A DNA stretch of 64,000 bases from assembly GCA_965224245.1 (NCBI GenBank), contig OZ245046.1, forward strand, positions 960,001 through 1,024,000, in the 5' to 3' direction. The position numbers and the translations under genes were made by a program. The notes beneath the pieces are model-generated. The model worked only from the letters and a program-made list of their open reading frames with translations. It made no database searches and had not been told where the DNA came from. Positions 60,298 through 64,000 of this stretch are shown here, one piece after another (the first letter of the stretch is position 1; every line of letters begins with the position of its first letter). This DNA comes from Candidatus Eiseniibacteriota bacterium (GTDB lineage: Bacteria; Eisenbacteria; RBG-16-71-46; CAZAMP01).

Positions 60298-63200
60298 ATG
60301 GCGGTCATCCTGAGGTCGATCGGTGTCGGGCTACTCCTACTCGTGCCGACGATCACCCTCGCCGTGACCCCGTTCGTCCACGAAACGGTCGACGGTCCAC
60401 AGGACACCGGGCTCTTCAACTCCATCGCCGTGGAAGCCGACGGCACCATCCACATCAGCTACCACGAGGACACGTACGACGACCTCAAGTACGCCGTCCG
60501 GACCGCGGACGGATGGACCATCGAGACCGTCGACGCGGACGGTGTGGTGGGCTACGAGACGTCGATCGTCCTGGATGCGGCGGGCCACCCTCACATCAGC
60601 TACTACCGGAGCGGGGACTCGGTCAGGTACGCGACCAAGTCCGCCGGCAGCTGGACGATCGAGGCGATCGAGACCGGGATTGCCTGCCGCGGCACGTCCA
60701 TCGGGCTCGATTCCGCCGGAGATCCCCACGTCGTCTACGTCGACGCCACCGCCGGCGCGCTCGATCACGCAACGCGAACCGATGGCGTCTGGTCCATCGA
60801 GACGATCGACGACAGTGGGGAGGTCCATGACGACACGTCGCTCGAGATCACGGCGGACGGGATCCTGCACGTCAGCTACCAGGGTGGTGTGGACGGCGAC
60901 CTCATGTACGGCACGAAGGTCGGGTCCATCTGGACCCTGGAGGCGGTCGCGATCGTGAACGAGGTCGGCTCTCATTCGTCGCTCGAGCTCGACAGCGGAG
61001 GCCACCCGCACATGGTCTACTACGACGAGACGAACGGCGACCTGCGCTACGTCCATTCGAGCGGTGGTGACTGGACCTTCGAGCTCGTGGATGCGCTGGG
61101 GGACGTGGGGCTGTACGCATCTCTTGCTCTGGATGCCGCCGACGTGCCTCACGTCTCGTATCACGACGCGACTCGTGGTGATCTCCGGTACGCCAAGCGA
61201 GAGGGGGGAACCTGGTCGGTCGAGAGCGTGGACACGCCCGGCCTGACGGGAGGCTGGACGTCGATCGCGCTCGATGCCGAGGGCAACCCGCTCATCGCCC
61301 ATCACCGCGAGTTCACCTCGAGAGCGCTCCGGCTCGCGGACTCCACCATCCGGCTGACCTCCCCGGTCGGAGGGGAACGCTGGAACACGGACTCGTCGGC
61401 CACCATCACCTGGCGTGGGGTCGGGGAGGTGGACATCCAACTGTCCCTCGATGGCGGCGCCAGCTACGTCGCGCTGGCAACCGGGGTCACCGGAGGGGAG
61501 GCCGTCGTCCACCTTCCCGGGATGGAATCCGATCACGCTCTGGTGAAGGTCGTTCGCGAGACGCCTCACTCCTCGTCGGTGTCAGGCTCCTTCACCATCG
61601 CGAAGGCACGCATCGCGCCATGGTGGACGAGCTTCGCGGTCACCGAGGGGTCGGCGGGCCGATACTCCTCCCTCGCGCTGTCGGCGGGTGGTCAGCCTCA
61701 CGTGAGCTACTACGACGCCTCGACGTTCTCGCTCCGCTACGCCATCGAGGACGGCGCGGACTGGCTCGTCGAGGACGCCGACGACTCGCTGGGGACCGGC
61801 AGCCACTCGTCGCTGGCGCTCGACGTGCACGGCGATGCGCACGTGAGCTACACGGACCTCCTGAACACGGCGCTCAAGTACGCAACCCGCGTCGATGGGA
61901 TCTGGTCCACGACCTTCGTGGACTCGGCGGGAGACGTCGGCGCCTACACCTCGCTCGCGCTCGATGACGAGGACCGTCCCCACATCAGCTACCACGACGC
62001 CACGAACGGAGCCCTGAGGTACGCCACGATGGACGGGGTCTGGGTGACCGAGACCGTCGATTCGGACGGCACGGTCGGCGAGTACACCTCGATCGCCGTC
62101 GATGACCAGGGGTATCCCCACGTCAGCTACTACGATGCGGGCAACGGCCACCTGAAGTACGCCACGCGAGACGGAGCGTGGAGCGTCGAGACGGTCGACT
62201 CGCTGGCCGTCACCGGACAGCACACGTCGATCGCGCTGGACGACCGCAACGATCCCCACATCAGCTACTACGCCCTGACCGGCGGGAATCTCGAGTACGC
62301 GGTCAAGCGCGACGGGGTGTGGCACATCGAGACCGTCGATGCCTCGGAGAACGTGGGCGATTACACGTCCATTGCCATCGACTCCCGGGGCCGGCCGCAC
62401 ATCAGCTACTACGACGAGGTCGGCTATGACCTCCTCCACGCGGTCAAGGACGGCACGGTCTGGCGCATCGACGTCGTCGACTCGCGAGGGTTTGCCGGCC
62501 CCTACAGCTCGCTCGCACTCGACGAGCTGGACAACCCCCACGTCAGCTACTTCGATCCCACCGATGGTGACCTCAAGTACGCGTCCGGGGGGCTCGCGGT
62601 CACCGGACCGGCCGGCGGAGTGACGTGGCCCGTCGGAGGGCCCCGAGCGATCACGTGGGACGGGATCGGCGTCGTCGACATCTCGATCTCCGTGGACGGT
62701 GGAGGCACCTACGTTCCGGTGGCGTCTGGAGCCTCTCGTGGCACCTACCCGCTCCTGGTACCACACATCCCGACCCGCTTCGGCCGGGTGCGGGTGGAGC
62801 GGCGGGAGGAAGCCAACGATCACGGCACGTACGTGTACCTCGCCGCGATCTCCGAGAGCGAGCTCTTCACGATCGACGCATCGGTAGCGCTGTTGAGCTT
62901 CCGTGTCGATGCACTCGAGGACGACACGGGCGTCGTCGTCGCGTGGCGAACAGAGCCCGGCGTGCCCGATCTCGCGGGATACCGGCTCGAGCGTCGACGT
63001 GGAGGGGGCTACGTCACGGTCGTCTCCCACTCGACCGACACGACCCACCGCGATCCGGAGGGGACGATGGAGAGCGTCTACCGACTCTTCGCCGAGGGCG
63101 GCTTCGGTGACGAGCTCTACCTGGGCTCGACGGACGACGGCGCGACGCCGCCACCACGTGGCGGGCTCTCTGTCCATCCGGTGCCGCTTCGCTCGGGCAC

Positions 63201-63441
63201 GCTGACCGTCGAGTTCGCCACGACGCTCGGCGGCCCGGACGGAGCGACGACGGTCGCCATCTACGACATCCTGGGCCGACGCGTCCGAACCCTCGGCGAG
63301 GGGATCTTTCCACACCCGCAACATGTCGTGACCTGGGACGGAACACGCGAGAACGGGACCCCGGCGTCCAGCGGGGTCTACATCGTCGAGGCCCGCACAC
63401 CGATCGGCCGGGTCGCGAGGAAGTTCACTCTCATACGTTGA
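60298..63441 (+). CDS. Secreted double beta-propeller ('HISYYD..LKYA' repeats) with Ig spacers, 'VPH.PTRF' stalk and CTD
   Basis: Signal peptide; many SIALD..G.PHISYYD...LKYA...W..ETVD repeats; SP.GGE spacer; YDILGRRVRTL...WDG...SGVY. Confidence 0.9.
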   Translation: MAVILRSIGVGLLLLVPTITLAVTPFVHETVDGPQDTGLFNSIAVEADGTIHISYHEDTYDDLKYAVRTADGWTIETVDADGVVGYETSIVLDAAGHPHISYYRSGDSVRYATKSAGSWTIEAIETGIACRGTSIGLDSAGDPHVVYVDATAGALDHATRTDGVWSIETIDDSGEVHDDTSLEITADGILHVSYQGGVDGDLMYGTKVGSIWTLEAVAIVNEVGSHSSLELDSGGHPHMVYYDETNGDLRYVHSSGGDWTFELVDALGDVGLYASLALDAADVPHVSYHDATRGDLRYAKREGGTWSVESVDTPGLTGGWTSIALDAEGNPLIAHHREFTSRALRLADSTIRLTSPVGGERWNTDSSATITWRGVGEVDIQLSLDGGASYVALATGVTGGEAVVHLPGMESDHALVKVVRETPHSSSVSGSFTIAKARIAPWWTSFAVTEGSAGRYSSLALSAGGQPHVSYYDASTFSLRYAIEDGADWLVEDADDSLGTGSHSSLALDVHGDAHVSYTDLLNTALKYATRVDGIWSTTFVDSAGDVGAYTSLALDDEDRPHISYHDATNGALRYATMDGVWVTETVDSDGTVGEYTSIAVDDQGYPHVSYYDAGNGHLKYATRDGAWSVETVDSLAVTGQHTSIALDDRNDPHISYYALTGGNLEYAVKRDGVWHIETVDASENVGDYTSIAIDSRGRPHISYYDEVGYDLLHAVKDGTVWRIDVVDSRGFAGPYSSLALDELDNPHVSYFDPTDGDLKYASGGLAVTGPAGGVTWPVGGPRAITWDGIGVVDISISVDGGGTYVPVASGASRGTYPLLVPHIPTRFGRVRVERREEANDHGTYVYLAAISESELFTIDASVALLSFRVDALEDDTGVVVAWRTEPGVPDLAGYRLERRRGGGYVTVVSHSTDTTHRDPEGTMESVYRLFAEGGFGDELYLGSTDDGATPPPRGGLSVHPVPLRSGTLTVEFATTLGGPDGATTVAIYDILGRRVRTLGEGIFPHPQHVVTWDGTRENGTPASSGVYIVEARTPIGRVARKFTLIR

Positions 63442-63493
63442 TGCAGCGACCGCTCCGCGTTCACGGGATGGAGCCGGACTGGCCGCAGCGCCC

Positions 63494-63940
63494 TCAGTAC
63501 GGCGTGCCCTCTTCCAGAAGCCGCTTCGTCATGAGGAACATGACGTGTCCCTTCGGGTAGTCCGGAATCGACGCGAGAACCTCGTAGCCGCGCTTCTCGT
63601 AGAAGGGCTTCGCCTGCCAGCTCGTCGTCTCGAGCAGCGCCCGCTCGTATCCATGCTCGATGGCGAACCTCTCCGCGCGCTCGAGGAGTGTCGAGCCGAT
63701 GGCGTGTCCGCGCAGAGCCTCCGACACCCACATGACTTCCAGGTGGAGCACGTTCCAGAAGCAGGCAGCGCGGAGTCCCCCGACGAGGCGTCCGTCGTCC
63801 TCGCGGGCGAGCACGAATAGCTGTTCACCGGAGTCAGGGTCCGCGAGATCACCGATCGTGCGCCGGTTGTGCGCCACCAGTGCCTCGCTGATCACGCGGG
63901 CGTCCTCGGCTGAAGGGGCGGTGGTGACGCTGATCTCCAC
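63494..63940 (-). CDS. GNAT-family N-acetyltransferase
   Basis: LHLEVMWVSEALRGHAIGS...LETTSWQAKPFYEKRGY; AGGAG RBS before GTG 63940 (ORF-track start is 63967). Confidence 0.88.
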   Translation of the reverse strand: MEISVTTAPSAEDARVISEALVAHNRRTIGDLADPDSGEQLFVLAREDDGRLVGGLRAACFWNVLHLEVMWVSEALRGHAIGSTLLERAERFAIEHGYERALLETTSWQAKPFYEKRGYEVLASIPDYPKGHVMFLMTKRLLEEGTPY

Positions 63941-64000
63941 GATCACTCCTGTCTGACGGTCTGGCACATGGATGAACGATGAGGGAAGGCATCCCTCGTC

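Noticed and set aside
275-63324. Many long antisense or alternate-frame ORFs (e.g. 9856..11190+, 18593..20173+, 20008..21960-, 28220..30064-, 44513..46378+, 47909..49564+, 53567..55612+, 61582..63324-)
   Set aside because: Shadow ORFs expected in high-GC coding DNA; Arg/Pro/Val-biased, no motifs, and overlapping well-supported genes
1-64000. Integron-like cassette array as the explanation for the gene cluster
   Set aside because: Genes lie on both strands with long spacers; no recurring attC-type sites and no integrase seen

Overview
High-GC bacterial accessory region (roughly two-thirds G+C by eye) that works almost entirely as an exoproteome catalogue. Sixteen genes or gene remnants end in a FlgD-Ig / T9SS-CTD-like C-terminal domain, and three others end in a short 'TPx(3-4)[ST]Wxx[IL]Kxx[YH]' tail. 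This combination suggests an FCB-superphylum candidate lineage such as Eisenbacteria, Krumholzibacteriota or Latescibacterota (inference). Passengers include LamG, FG-GAP, LVIVD, RCC1, NHL/Vgb and 'HISYYD' beta-propellers, beta-helices, an S8 protease, an M43-like metalloprotease and a pentaheme cytochrome c. A few cytoplasmic or membrane genes are interspersed: SLC13 permease, TetR-CPBP operon, two GNATs and an ECF sigma-Ser/Thr kinase pair. An exported MBL hydrolase and a lipoprotein lack both tails. Most notable: (1) a signal-peptide Rhs protein with no CTD, PAAR domain or recognisable toxin, divergent from a tiny 'YD hairpins + CTD' gene that may act as its export adaptor; (2) an ECF-STK pair whose two flanking secreted-propeller genes share a GTCCAC-N17-CTAG promoter-like motif; (3) mix-and-match head x stalk x CTD architecture with recombination scars (orphan stalk fragment, head-to-head fusions, frameshifts); (4) a repeated structured intergenic element. 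No rRNA, tRNA, CRISPR array, intact transposase or secretion-machinery gene was seen. All domain calls come from motif recognition by eye, not database searches.
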